Counted from the first letter of the stretch, positions 31,400 through 41,850 are shown. The stretch is 64,000 nucleotides of DNA from an uncultured Myxococcia bacterium (GCA_942493285.1 OW818691.1:1234321-1298320); one strand, 5' to 3'. Translations and numbers: made by a program. Notes: generated from the letters alone by a model not told the origin.

Positions 31400-32600
31400 C
31401 AGTACTCCGCTTGGAGGCGGGGGCGCCCCCTCCAGAGTTCGGCAAGTCGTGCTTGTGGCTTCAGTCTCTCATGCGGCGGCGGCGAGTCGGTTGATGTTGT
31501 TGATTTTGACCAGGTTGAAGGCGGCACCGACGAGCTTGGCGAACCATCCGATTCGTTCGAGCCCTCGATATCGAGCCCGCTTCATGCGACCTGGTTGCTT
31601 CATCCAACCGAAGACCGCTTCTATCTCGCGCCGCTTGATCAAGCTGATGGCATAGCCGGGAAACCGCGTCGTCCTGGAGTCGATGTTCGACTTGCGGCGG
31701 CCTGGCTGCTCGTTTCTCGCGACATGCGGCGTGACGTTGCGGTCGCGCAGCTGGTCAACGAAGTCTTTGGTGTCATAGGCTTTGTCAGCCCCAAGCGTGA
31801 TGCGAGACGTCCCCGCAAGGTTCTCATCGATCATGGCGATGGCCGCATCGCGCTCGATGGTGCCCGTGACGATGTCAGCGCGGGTGTCGACGATCAGTCC
31901 GTTGCGGTTCTCCATCAGCGCATTCACGGCATAGGAGAGTTCGGCTCCAGACCCGGCGCTCTTGCGAGCCAGTCGAGAATCGGGGTCCGTCGTTGACGCA
32001 TGGGTGTCATTCGAGCGCTTCTCGCCCTTGAAGTCTGACCAACCGTTCGAGTCACCAGGGTCTGAGTCCTTGGGCTTGAAGCTCTTGTGGGACGCCATCG
32101 CAGTGATGATGGTGCCGTCCACCGAGAAGTGTTCATTGCTCATCAAGCCAGCGGTCTCGGCCTGCGCCACGATGGACTTGAGGAACGCATTGGCGACATC
32201 GTGCTCGATGAGTCGCTCCCGGTTCTTCGAGAATGTGGATGCATCGAAAGCGGGGCCCGTGAGGTCCATGTCTACGAACCAACGGAACAGCATGTTGTAC
32301 TCGAGCTGCTCGCAGATTTGGCGCTCGCTCCGGACCGAGAAGAGCACCATCAGGAGCAGCGTCTTGAGCTGCCGTTCGGGCGGGATCGACGGCCGACCCA
32401 CGCTGCTATACATACTCTCGAACGTCCCATCGAGCTCCGCCAGAGCCGCATCAGCCAGCTTCTTGATGCCTCTGAGCGGATGGCTCGGTGGCACGAGTGA
32501 GCCGGGCGAGACGAGCATGAGCATGGAGGGCTGACTGGTTTTGGAGCCGCGCATACGCGCGTTAGATCATAGGGTTAGGAGAAAGTCGATCCGGCTTCTG
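31400..32600 (-). mobile_element. IS5-family insertion sequence (approximate bounds)
   Basis: Contains IS5-family DDE transposase ORF; ends not mapped. Confidence 0.45.
31469..32554 (-). CDS. IS5-family DDE transposase
   Basis: 361 aa; N-terminal InsH-like region (PERQLKTLLLMVLFSVRSERQ) and DDE region (ADKAYD..., FGWMKQ...R). Confidence 0.6.
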   Translation of the reverse strand: MRGSKTSQPSMLMLVSPGSLVPPSHPLRGIKKLADAALAELDGTFESMYSSVGRPSIPPERQLKTLLLMVLFSVRSERQICEQLEYNMLFRWFVDMDLTGPAFDASTFSKNRERLIEHDVANAFLKSIVAQAETAGLMSNEHFSVDGTIITAMASHKSFKPKDSDPGDSNGWSDFKGEKRSNDTHASTTDPDSRLARKSAGSGAELSYAVNALMENRNGLIVDTRADIVTGTIERDAAIAMIDENLAGTSRITLGADKAYDTKDFVDQLRDRNVTPHVARNEQPGRRKSNIDSRTTRFPGYAISLIKRREIEAVFGWMKQPGRMKRARYRGLERIGWFAKLVGAAFNLVKINNINRLAAAA

Positions 32601-33018
32601 CGCGGCTCGGACTTTTTCAGCAGCCTGCTAGTACAGCCTGACCTCTGGAGCCCAGAACGCGGGAGTCTCGAGCATTTCCTCAAACTTCTCGTCAGGAGCG
32701 ACCTAACGAGAATCGCTCTGAGCGGCGCTCGGAAGCGCGAGAGCTTCGGAGACGTCGACGACTTCGAGTCAAACTTGCTCGACCCCGAGAGCACTATAAT
32801 CAGGGCCGAAGAGGAGGACGCATATCGAGTTCAGATACGAGCGATGCAGCTAGCCTTCTCCGCCGACCCGATTGTCAGTCGAATCCTCGCAGGATGTCTC
32901 CAAGGAGGATCCATGAAGCCGAGGTTTCTGGCAGAATCGCTGAACTTGGGATTGCCCCAGGTCAATGCCGCCCTCAAGCGTCTCCGGCGCTGGGCTTGGA
33001 CCCCAAGAGAGTCAAGCC

Positions 33019-33408
33019 ATGAGTAAGATTTCGGTCCAAGAGCAAATTGAGTCGATTGTCGCGCTTCTCAATGAGGAAGACTTGCCTGCGGAGGATCAAG
33101 AACGTTTGATCCAGGGCGCAGACAAGGCAGTCTTGGTGCGACTCAACGCACTCACCGCCCGCTTCGTCGCTGAGAATTCGATAGCTCGGACCACCGCGGC
33201 GCAACAACGCAAGGAAGCTCTCAGGGAGCGGCTGCAGATGGTCCAGAAGTCGAATCTGTCCCGAGACGAACTGATCCTCCGCATCCAAGGCAAACGCGAG
33301 CTTCTTGGAAGCGCAGCCCCAGCATTCTTTCGGAGCTTCCTCGACGTCACCGACGAGGATCTGGCGAGCCATCTCGCGGACCTGGAGTTCCTGGACGGTG
33401 AGCGATGA
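33019..33408 (+). CDS. Hypothetical coiled-coil protein, partner of ImmA-like peptidase
   Basis: Stop overlaps start of downstream ImmA-like gene (ATGA at 33405). Confidence 0.35.
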   Translation: MSKISVQEQIESIVALLNEEDLPAEDQERLIQGADKAVLVRLNALTARFVAENSIARTTAAQQRKEALRERLQMVQKSNLSRDELILRIQGKRELLGSAAPAFFRSFLDVTDEDLASHLADLEFLDGER

Positions 33409-34253
33409 CTCGTCGATCGGCGTGTCGCGCGGAGTGGGCTGCAATCGAACTCGTGAGGCAGTGGGGAATCACCAGTGCCCCGGAGCTACACTATCTGGAT
33501 GACCTCGCTTTCATGGCAGGCGCACTCGTCGTCGACTCAATTCTAGAAGGCGCACAAGCGCGTCTCGTGTGTGGAGCCGGTCGGGCAATCATCAGCGTTT
33601 CGACGTCAATGACGTCAGAGAGACGTCGTTTCGCTATCGGGCACGAGCTTGGTCACCTGAGGATGCACTCAACCAAACACCGGCACGCGTTGTGTAGTCA
33701 GGAAGACTTGGTGATGAGGCCCGCAGCCAACGAGCGGACCGCATTCGCAGAGCAGCAGGCCAATCTTTTCTCGTCAGCGATTCTCATGCCGGAGTTTCTC
33801 TTCGCGCCGCGCCTAGGAGGCGACTATCCCACGATCGCCACGCTCGAGTCGCTTGCTGCGGAGTTTGCGACTTCACTGACAGCGACCGCGTGTCGGTATG
33901 TTCGACTGACAACTCACTGTTGCGCGGTGATCTATTCGGTCGAGGGCATAGTCCATTGGGCGATGCCCAGTCAGAGCTTCCTCGACTCTCCTTTCAGGAT
34001 ACTCGGCGGTCCCGTCGATCGGTGCTCTCTTGCCGGCCTGCTGGGCGAGTTCAATGGCCCGGCTGTAGCTACCGAGCTACGCTCCCCAGCGAGCGCGTGG
34101 CTAGCTGATGGACCATACGACCGGGCCGCCTCACTTCGGGAGCTGTGTTGGCCAATGCCAAACTACCGCGCGACTCTGTCTATCATTCAGCTTGACTCTG
34201 ACATTCTCGATTTCGGCTTCAGTGCTCATAGAGATGGAGCTTACTTGTCGTAA
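33405..34253 (+). CDS. ImmA/IrrE-family zinc metallopeptidase
   Basis: HEXXH motif IGHELGHLRMH and downstream E (FAEQQANLFSSAILMP) typical of DUF955/ImmA. Confidence 0.55.
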   Translation: MTRRSACRAEWAAIELVRQWGITSAPELHYLDDLAFMAGALVVDSILEGAQARLVCGAGRAIISVSTSMTSERRRFAIGHELGHLRMHSTKHRHALCSQEDLVMRPAANERTAFAEQQANLFSSAILMPEFLFAPRLGGDYPTIATLESLAAEFATSLTATACRYVRLTTHCCAVIYSVEGIVHWAMPSQSFLDSPFRILGGPVDRCSLAGLLGEFNGPAVATELRSPASAWLADGPYDRAASLRELCWPMPNYRATLSIIQLDSDILDFGFSAHRDGAYLS

Positions 34254-34967
34254 CGTTCCGAAGTGGGGGATTGAACGTTGCCCCTCCTCCTTTTGAGCCG
34301 CCGAAGTAGGCACCTCCATCAGGCAGAGTTGCTCGGAACTCGACTTCCGCGTTCGACTCTGTCGTCGGCCCCCCGCGACGCGAGGCCAGCTAACGAGAGT
34401 CGGGGTCTCAAGGTCAGTAATAGACCGAGATTCCAAGCGCTCCCGAAGGCGTTCGAGGATTCACGGATGCCTTCCGGCCCGCCTGTTCGACCTTCGAGGA
34501 CACTTGCGCTCGTCACGCGCTCAGCCAAAGCCTGGCGAGGATTCTTGGACGGCTTCCGAGTGCGCCGAAAGCCGGCGGCTCAGAGCTCGGAAGACTGCTG
34601 TCCTGACGAGAGCGTCCCACGGAATCCTCGCACACGGTCTCTAGCGACGGGAGCACATCCCGTAGTCCTCGGACATCAACCCCGATTCTCCGGGCGCCTC
34701 CACCAAAGTTCGCGCCGCCTGTGTCCCGTATCCCGGCAGCGCCTTTGTGCACCTCCGAGCCTCGACGAGCTTCTATATCCTCAGGTCAGCGGTCTCGCGG
34801 GCCAAACCCCCATGGCAACGTCAACTGGTTCGTGGCCCAGCCCACGAACCAGAAGCAGAACTCTCCCACCTGCAAGAATGACGAGCTCGAGCTCGTCCTT
34901 CACCCTGACCCGAGCTTTCGTGCTGCCGTTCGGCGCGTGACGGGACGGCTATTTCACGAGGCCAGCC

Positions 34968-35059
34968 AACAAGCGCATCGAACTGACGCGGCCTAATCGC
35001 GATGGGGCCTATCAGCCCCATCGCGATTGATCGGCCGCGCAGCTCATGCGCAGGACGTT
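34968..35059 (+). repeat. attC-like palindrome, copy 12
   Basis: Full-consensus copy. Confidence 0.9.
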
Positions 35060-35458
35060 GTCCCGCACGAGGCCTGCTCGTTCCCTCGCCTTCCTCACCG
35101 CCTTCCTCCGAGAGCGCCCCGCATCCCTCAAGGCCGCTGCTCCGCCTGCAGGCCCCTGTCGTCTCCTTGCCCTCCTCGCCTGACTCGCTTCTGGAGGGAC
35201 GTGCATCCCTCAAGCCCCCGATGCCGGTTCGGTTCCTGGCCCTACGCCTCCCGTTGCTCACTGGGGCGCATCCCCCTCGCAGGGTTGCTCCTCGAGCTCG
35301 CGGTTGAGGTCGCCAGAGTGTCCCAATCGGAGAGACACCTGGCACACTTGGGACAGTTGCGGGACACTTTCGCGAGAAATAGCTGCGTGTTTTCAAGGGG
35401 CTGAGGTTGGCCCGGCTCTTGCTCATGGGTTCGCGTTTCCCAACACGAGAACCCGGTT

Positions 35459-36637
35459 ATGCACACGGAACCTACACGGCTCATCTCTCCATCCGTTCAG
35501 GGGGTGATTCGGCAGTTCGCGCCCAGCTACATCGCGAAGAATGGCAAGGGGTTACCCCTGTCGCATCGCAAGGCGCTTCGCCTCCTCTCTCAGTGTCGAA
35601 CGGTCGCGCTTGGCGGTCACGTGGTCGAGTGCGGCAACTGCAAGGTGCAGGACTACACCTACCACTCGTGCGGCCACCGTTCTTGCCCTCGCTGCATGTC
35701 GGAGGACTGTGATGCGTGGCTTGGCGCTCGGCGGAGTGAGCTGTTGCCGGTTCCTTACTTCCACGTGGTGTACACGGTGCCGGAGGGGCTGAACGGCGTG
35801 GTGCGGAGTCATCAAGGGGAGCTGTATCCAGTGCTGATGCAGGCGGCGGGTAACTCGCTTCTGGCAGTTGCGGCCGCGCCTGACAACCTGGGGGGTAGGG
35901 TAGGGGTGATGTCGACGCTGCACACGTCGTCGAGTGCGCTGGCGTACCACCTTCACGTGCACTGCCTTGTCCCCGCGGGGTCGGTCGATGCAGAGGGCGA
36001 GTGGCATGACGCGAAGGACTCGCGCCTGGGGTCAGAGAGCGCGCTTGGCAAGGCTTTCCGGGACAAGGTCGGTTCGATGATGAAGGCCGCAGTCCCGGAC
36101 GTTGCGCTGCCGGACGGGGTGTTCGACCTCGCGTGGAAGGTGCATCTCGAGGTACCGCAGCACGGGGCGGAGACGGTGCTTCGGTATCTGGGTCGCTCGG
36201 TTCACCGCGGCCCGATGAGTGACCACCGCATCGTGTCTGTGACCGAGACCCATGTCGTGTTCAAGTATCGGGACAAGGACCGCACGAAGGCCAAGACGAT
36301 GTGCGTGGACGGCCACGAGTTCCTTCGTCGCTTCCTGCAGCATGTTTGGCCCGACCGGGTGCACAAGGTGCGCTACGCTGGCTTGTGGAGTCGGAAGTGT
36401 CGGGCGGAGCTTCGTGCACTCAGGCAGCGACTCCTGGCAGCCATGCAAGTCGAGCCACCTCCTGCGGTCGGGGAACCGAAACCGCTGCTACCCCCTGAGC
36501 CCGTCCTACCTCCGTGGCGTCGCTGCCCTCACTGCCAGGCGGAGCGGTTCATCGTGGCTCGCTTCAAGGCTGGAACCACCCCACCACCCCTGGTGGACCC
36601 GCTGCAGGGCACACTACCCGGGATAGACCCTCCCTGA
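35459..36637 (+). CDS. IS91-family (HUH Y2 rolling-circle) transposase
   Basis: N-terminal Zn-binding domain (ALGGHVVECGNCKVQDYTYHSCGHRSCPRCM), VPYFHVVYTVP, HUH motif HLHVHCLV, downstream tyrosines (LRYLGRSVH...). Confidence 0.8.
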   Translation: MHTEPTRLISPSVQGVIRQFAPSYIAKNGKGLPLSHRKALRLLSQCRTVALGGHVVECGNCKVQDYTYHSCGHRSCPRCMSEDCDAWLGARRSELLPVPYFHVVYTVPEGLNGVVRSHQGELYPVLMQAAGNSLLAVAAAPDNLGGRVGVMSTLHTSSSALAYHLHVHCLVPAGSVDAEGEWHDAKDSRLGSESALGKAFRDKVGSMMKAAVPDVALPDGVFDLAWKVHLEVPQHGAETVLRYLGRSVHRGPMSDHRIVSVTETHVVFKYRDKDRTKAKTMCVDGHEFLRRFLQHVWPDRVHKVRYAGLWSRKCRAELRALRQRLLAAMQVEPPPAVGEPKPLLPPEPVLPPWRRCPHCQAERFIVARFKAGTTPPPLVDPLQGTLPGIDPP

Positions 36638-37059
36638 TGGCGAAGCGACGGCCCTTCCGAGTATCCCGTATCCCGTCACGACCTCACGCACGAACGTGTG
36701 GTCGTCTCGCAGAGATCTGCCCTGTGAACGCCAGCGCAAGCCACTCCACGACCGATTTCGAGCGTCGGGAGCGTTCCACGCGCCACGAGTCCTCCAGTCT
36801 GCCAATCAGACTGCTCTACGGACCCGAAACCGAGGCCTCTTTGACCCGAAAAGGAGGCGATTCGGCTCCCCTCAGAGGGGCCTGCGAGGGGGCAGAACAT
36901 ATAAAATGCAGTAGGTCGCCTCGACCGCCACTGGCAAGGGTCTGCGAGCATTCGCCGTCGTCTCGAGGACAGGCCTTTCTTGGCCACCGCACTCACCGCA
37001 GGACCCCGACGCCCAATCAGCTGGAGTCGAGGCGCTAGCGACTTCAGACGTGCGGGGAC

Positions 37060-37151
37060 AACAAGCGCATCGAACTGACGCGGCCTAATCGCGATGGGGC
37101 CTATCAGCCCCATCGCGATTGATCGGCCGCGCAGCTCATGCGCAGGACGTT
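37060..37151 (+). repeat. attC-like palindrome, copy 13
   Basis: Full-consensus copy. Confidence 0.9.
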
Positions 37152-37435
37152 GGGCGGCGTACCCACTCCCACCCACTGTCCCACCTCCACCTCCGCTCCG
37201 TCGGCGCTTCACTCTACCTCTTCCTACTAACACATCATCTCTCGCTGCTTCACTCCACCACCGCGCTCAAACGCCCATACACCTGGGCTCGCAACAGCTC
37301 GCCCACCATCACCACAGCCGGCAACCCCGCTCCCCGCTTGGTGCGCGTAACCTGGCTTGCCAAGAACTCAAGGCTATGTTCAAATTACCACACCTCGCAC
37401 TCGTTTCCTTGGTACCTCGATCGGAGTAGTAGTAA

Positions 37436-38386
37436 GTGTCAGAAACCTCCAACATCGCTGCAATGGCAAACAAGCTCAGCAATGAGATCTTTGGAGTCTT
37501 CGGTTGGACGTCCGTTGGGCCAACGGACATCAATTGGGACTGTACCCAGCCGACTCACAACTGCCAGACTCACCCATCCGATGTTGTTTTCTGGTACGAC
37601 GATCCGTACCAAGGAGACCGTGTCTACGTCAACTTTGACCTGAAGAGTTACGCGGCGAAAACCTTGCAAAAGAGCAAAGTCACCAAGGCTCTCCACAGCC
37701 TAGCAAACGCTGTCGAATGCGCCAACAGCGGAGACTGCTGGCGTGCAACTTACGTCGACGCCGATGTCAATTGGCATTGCGACGGCGCGCTCTTCGTCTA
37801 CAACCACGACCACGGATTCGACAAGTCGTTCCGCGCCCTCTTCGACGAGGCCTCCGCAACAGTCAAAGTCCCAAAGGGCAGACGCCTCTGTGTATTCGGG
37901 CCACCCGAGATTGAGTACCTGTTCAACGTCGCCACCGACATCTTGACACTGAAGGGCAGGGGTGAACTCCCCAGCGGCAAGGAATCCGAGTTCTGGTACC
38001 CTGACCTCGTCACCGCACGACGCCACACACAGCAGAAATCCGCAGCCAGCATAGAGATGTTGACGGGGCCTTGGATCACTCTTCGAGCATCGGCCTCCGT
38101 CCCGAAATACTATCTCTGGTATAGGAGCGGAGGTGCCAGCACGATCGACCACTTCAAGTATCTCCTCGACTTCGTGTTCCGCTACCAAGTTCTTGCGTCA
38201 GATGACACGAGTGTCATCGTGCGCCTTGTTGGCGCTGACTCCAATGCTGTCTCAAATTTCTCCATCGCCAAGGACCAGTACTCACGCATGATGCATCTTG
38301 ACCCAAGCCGTTTGCGAAACGTAACCGCCTCGAATGTGGATGCAGCCCGGCGTGTTTTTGACCAGACCGAAATCGGAATGGAGTAG
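37436..38386 (+). CDS. Hypothetical protein, gene 1 of a three-gene operon (possible PD-(D/E)xK-like nuclease fold)
   Basis: 316 aa; D...D...(D/E)xK-like arrangement (WYDDPYQGDRVYVNFDLKSY), weak; GTG/ATG start ambiguity (37436 or 37463). Confidence 0.45.
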   Translation: MSETSNIAAMANKLSNEIFGVFGWTSVGPTDINWDCTQPTHNCQTHPSDVVFWYDDPYQGDRVYVNFDLKSYAAKTLQKSKVTKALHSLANAVECANSGDCWRATYVDADVNWHCDGALFVYNHDHGFDKSFRALFDEASATVKVPKGRRLCVFGPPEIEYLFNVATDILTLKGRGELPSGKESEFWYPDLVTARRHTQQKSAASIEMLTGPWITLRASASVPKYYLWYRSGGASTIDHFKYLLDFVFRYQVLASDDTSVIVRLVGADSNAVSNFSIAKDQYSRMMHLDPSRLRNVTASNVDAARRVFDQTEIGME

Positions 38387-38388
38387 TC

Positions 38389-39567
38389 ATGGCAGGCAGA
38401 ACCCGCAGTGCTCTGTATTTCGCGGATGACAAAGACGTGCTCGACGTTCTCACTCTCGCCAAGAAGAAGATCACCCCGGCGCGACTTGTAGAACTCGGAA
38501 AGCGACGCGGTCTCCTTCTCTCTTCCGATGACTCCCGGGAGACCCTCGCCGAGCGGATCGCGAAGTTGCCATTTGACTGGACGGAGCTCGAACACCTTTT
38601 GGGTTTCGTCGACTCTGCGAGCAGGGCTGAAAAATTGTCGGTTCACTCTTTCCTCGCAACGGTGGCCCCGGCTGACCTCAAAGACGCCGTCGAAGCTACT
38701 AAGGTTGCACGCCAAGACCTTCGCGGAGAGGTGTTCTCGATCTCGACCGTTGGAAACACCACTACCGTCTCGGTGAAATACACGGAATTGGACCCCAATC
38801 GTACTCGCCTCGTGCAGCGGACCGAGCGCGAGTTCAGTATGGAAATCCTCCAGACCTCCGAGGGATTTAAGGTTCGCCATCAGGCGCAAGAGCGCGCCGA
38901 TGACGTCAGGAACGAGATTCTCAACAAACTCATCGAGCTCACGAAGCCTCCCGCCCCGCCAGAGGCCCGCCCAATCGAGCTTTCGTCGATCCGTAGTCCG
39001 CGACACCGCACGAATTTCTTTGTCCAGCTCATGAAGCTCCCAGGCTTCGAGCTTGAAGACGTCGTTGTCGTAAACGGTGCCATATTGGACGACGACGCTG
39101 ACAATGACGACAATGACGAGGCATTTGACCCCGGACTCACCAACCACGTTCGCCAAGTAGCCCTCCGTGGGGGCAAGCTACTCGACTCCAAGGAGTACGC
39201 AGAGCTCTTTAAGGAGGAGACTGGCCGCTTCATCAGCTCAGTCATCTGGCGTGCGAATGAGCAGAAGGGAGATAGGACCCGCGTCGAGATCGAGGCCGGA
39301 TTCGGCAATGCCGTGAATGCTACCGATTTCGCCTTCTCTATTCGGAAGGCTTGGGTCCGCAATTCCAGTGGAGACATCAAGAAGACCAAGGTTCAGAACA
39401 CCGAGCGCCTGGTTCTCGAGAAGAGACTTGCGCCGATCCTTGAGAAGGCTGCTGATGACGCCGTCGCAAATGTGCTCAGGGATGCCTCTGCCGACACAGA
39501 AGATGTCGTTGAAGCGCTCGCCGCTGCATCCGAAGGTGTCTCCTCCTCCGACGGTGGTTCCAAATGA
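38389..39567 (+). CDS. Hypothetical protein, gene 2 of the three-gene operon
   Basis: 392 aa; start 3 bp after upstream stop; acidic low-complexity stretch DDDADNDDNDE; no recognised motif. Confidence 0.45.
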   Translation: MAGRTRSALYFADDKDVLDVLTLAKKKITPARLVELGKRRGLLLSSDDSRETLAERIAKLPFDWTELEHLLGFVDSASRAEKLSVHSFLATVAPADLKDAVEATKVARQDLRGEVFSISTVGNTTTVSVKYTELDPNRTRLVQRTEREFSMEILQTSEGFKVRHQAQERADDVRNEILNKLIELTKPPAPPEARPIELSSIRSPRHRTNFFVQLMKLPGFELEDVVVVNGAILDDDADNDDNDEAFDPGLTNHVRQVALRGGKLLDSKEYAELFKEETGRFISSVIWRANEQKGDRTRVEIEAGFGNAVNATDFAFSIRKAWVRNSSGDIKKTKVQNTERLVLEKRLAPILEKAADDAVANVLRDASADTEDVVEALAAASEGVSSSDGGSK

Positions 39568-40241
39568 AAGCAGCTTGGTGCTGTTGGTACTCTGCGGCTC
39601 TGACCGCGGTCGACTTCAGCTCGCTTCCTGCCGCGCTTAGGAGCTGGAGTTCTCGGGATGTCGAAGGGCGTGTTCGGTTGGCTAACGCACGACGCGATAG
39701 TCTGTCAGGCAGCTATTCTCTGCGACAGGACTGGACCGAACGAGTTGCCGGGGCCGATGGACTATTCGAGGACGCAGAGATTCCCAGAGTTCGAATTCTC
39801 TCTGTCCAGTTCCGCCTTAGCACCACGTACCCACAAGTCGAGCTATGGGGCGCTCGCTCAGCAGGCCGTCTTCTGCTCAAGGAACTCGCGAGCCTTCTAC
39901 CTTCGGCCTGCCCGGCTCCGATACCTCTACAGCCGATTGACTGGTTTGGAGCCATTGAGGCCGGCCATGAGGTTCGAACCGTCGGAATGGTGTCAGCACA
40001 GATTCCACTATCATCAAGCGTCGTAATGAGGGCGCACTTCGACGGGACGACCGACATTCGTCCGCTCCTGTCCAAGAAGTTCCCCGCCCTTCTAAAGTCA
40101 CCACGGAAGCTTGTCGTCCAGATCCAGAAGAGCACGGGCTTTTCCCAGGTGGAACTCGGAACTAACGCCAGCGCTCGGGTGCCGCCGAATGACGAAGAGT
40201 CGCGTGCCCTGCTCCGGTCTGCAATTGCCACCCTCGTCTAA
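39564..40241 (+). CDS. Hypothetical protein, gene 3 of the three-gene operon
   Basis: 225 aa; ATGA start/stop overlap with gene 2. Confidence 0.4.
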   Translation: MKAAWCCWYSAALTAVDFSSLPAALRSWSSRDVEGRVRLANARRDSLSGSYSLRQDWTERVAGADGLFEDAEIPRVRILSVQFRLSTTYPQVELWGARSAGRLLLKELASLLPSACPAPIPLQPIDWFGAIEAGHEVRTVGMVSAQIPLSSSVVMRAHFDGTTDIRPLLSKKFPALLKSPRKLVVQIQKSTGFSQVELGTNASARVPPNDEESRALLRSAIATLV

Positions 40242-40298
40242 CGTCAGTCCCAACTCGACTTCTTGCGCTCAAGCAACGGACCTACCGCAGCGCCGCCC

Positions 40299-40390
40299 AA
40301 CAAGCGCATCGAACTGACGCGGCCTAATCGCGATGGGGCCTATCAGCCCCATCGCGATTGATCGGCCGCGCAGCTCATGCGCAGGACGTT
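40299..40390 (+). repeat. attC-like palindrome, copy 14
   Basis: Full-consensus copy. Confidence 0.9.
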
Positions 40391-40447
40391 GTCCCGCGAA
40401 GCCTGCTCCGTTCTCAGCTGGATTGACTGCATAGCCTCTTCCCCTCT

Positions 40448-40700
40448 CAGCTGGACTCACCATCATCCATCCTCGGGGTGGACTCACCATCATCCGTCCT
40501 CGGGGTGGACTCACCATCATCTGTCCTCGGGGTGCACTCACCATCATCCGTCCTCGGGCTCGAGTCACCATCAGCCGTCCTCGGGTTGGACTCACCATCA
40601 TCCATCCTCGGGCTCGACTCGCCGTCGTTCATTCTCGAGGTCGACTCACCACCATTCACCATCGGTCTTCGGACTGGGCTCGCCGTCGTTCATTCTCGGA
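40448..40700. repeat. 27-bp tandem repeat (GGTGGACTCACCATCATCCGTCCTCGG, ~10 units)
   Basis: Period 27 counted; starts ~55 bp after attC. Confidence 0.85.
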
Positions 40701-40759
40701 TGTGGCAATTCGGCTCCGTTGCGCACTCGCCGAACAGTCGGCACGCAGCGGACGCGGAA

Positions 40760-41620
40760 TCGATGGCGTGCTAATTTGCGATGAGATGGCTTGGTGTTAG
40801 CACGCATGTTTCCCCGCCGGACTCGTTCGATCGCAACCTCGGATGTGGACTTGAGGATCGACAATCCAAGAGCCTCACTTTCGGCGAGAAGACCTTCAGC
40901 GTGAAGCGCACGTCAAGTCGCGCGGGCCACTTTGCGATGAGAAGGCTTGGTGTTAGCACGTGTACCTCGATTCAGGGCTCTGCGTCGCGCACTTCCGTCG
41001 TGCACTCGGCGAACCACTCGGGTGCATGTTGAATCGGGGGCGTGCTAATTTACGATGAGAAGACTTGGTGTTAGCACGCGTGCCTCCTCGCCGAACTCCT
41101 TTGGTCTCATCCTCCCGGTACCTGCTGACGTCGGCTTGCCGCCCCTCGGTCGCTCGGCTCCGATGTGCACTCGCTGAACAGTTGGCGCGCGGTCCTCGTA
41201 GAATCGGGGGCGTGCTAATTTACGATGAGAAGACTTGGTGTTAGCACGCCTGCTTCCCCGCCGAACTCGTGCCGTCTCATCCTCCCCGTGCCCGCCGATG
41301 TCAGCTTGCCGACCCTCGGTCGCCCGGCTCCGATGCGCACTCGCTGAACAGTTGGCGCCCGGTCCTCGTAGAATCGGGGGCGTGCTAATTTACGATGAGA
41401 AGACTTGGTGTTAGCACGCCTGCTTTCCCGCCGAACTCGTGCGGTCTCATCCTCCCGGTGCCCGCCGAAGTCGGCTTGCCGCCCCTCGGTCGCTCGGCTC
41501 CGATGCGCACTCGCCGAACAGTTGAAGCGCGGTGCGTGTTGAATCGGGCGCGCGCTAATTTACGATGAGAAGACTTGGTGTTAGCTCGCGTGCTTTCTCG
41601 CCGAACTCGTACGGTAGCAG
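40760..41620. repeat. ~170-bp tandem repeat (5-6 units), each with a conserved 39-bp hairpin GCGTGCTAA-N21-TTAGCACGC
   Basis: Hairpin copies at ~40766, 40925, 41041, 41211, 41381, 41551; last four exactly 170 bp apart; no credible ORF. Confidence 0.85.
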
Positions 41621-41640
41621 AGCCACCTTCCATCCCCGCG

Positions 41641-41850
41641 TTGGACTGGCCATCGCTCATTCTCGGGCAGCCTCACGAGCGCGAGCTCTGGCTCGGACTC
41701 ACTGTCGTCCATTCTCAGGTGGCGCTCACCATCGTTGATTCTCGGGGCTGGGTTGAACGCACCACCTCCATTCTCCGAGGTGGACTCGCCATCGTTCAAT
41801 CTCGAGGTGGACTCGCCATCGTTCAATCTCGAGGTGGACTCGCCATGCGT
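41641..41850. repeat. 27-bp tandem repeat (GGTGGACTCGCCATCGTTCAATCTCGA family)
   Basis: Same family as 40448-40700. Confidence 0.75.

Larger units (their letters stand above)
35060..37151 (+). mobile_element. IS91-family transposase cassette, copy 1 (2,000 bp plus 3' attC-like site)
   Basis: One of four near-identical units (also 47670-49761, 51547-53638, 55660-57751), each exactly bounded by attC-like repeats. Confidence 0.7.

Noticed and set aside
35552-36448. Antisense ORFs inside the IS91-family transposase genes (35552-36007, 36032-36448 and copies)
   Set aside because: Typical GC-rich antisense open frames. They are identical in all four copies only because the DNA is duplicated.
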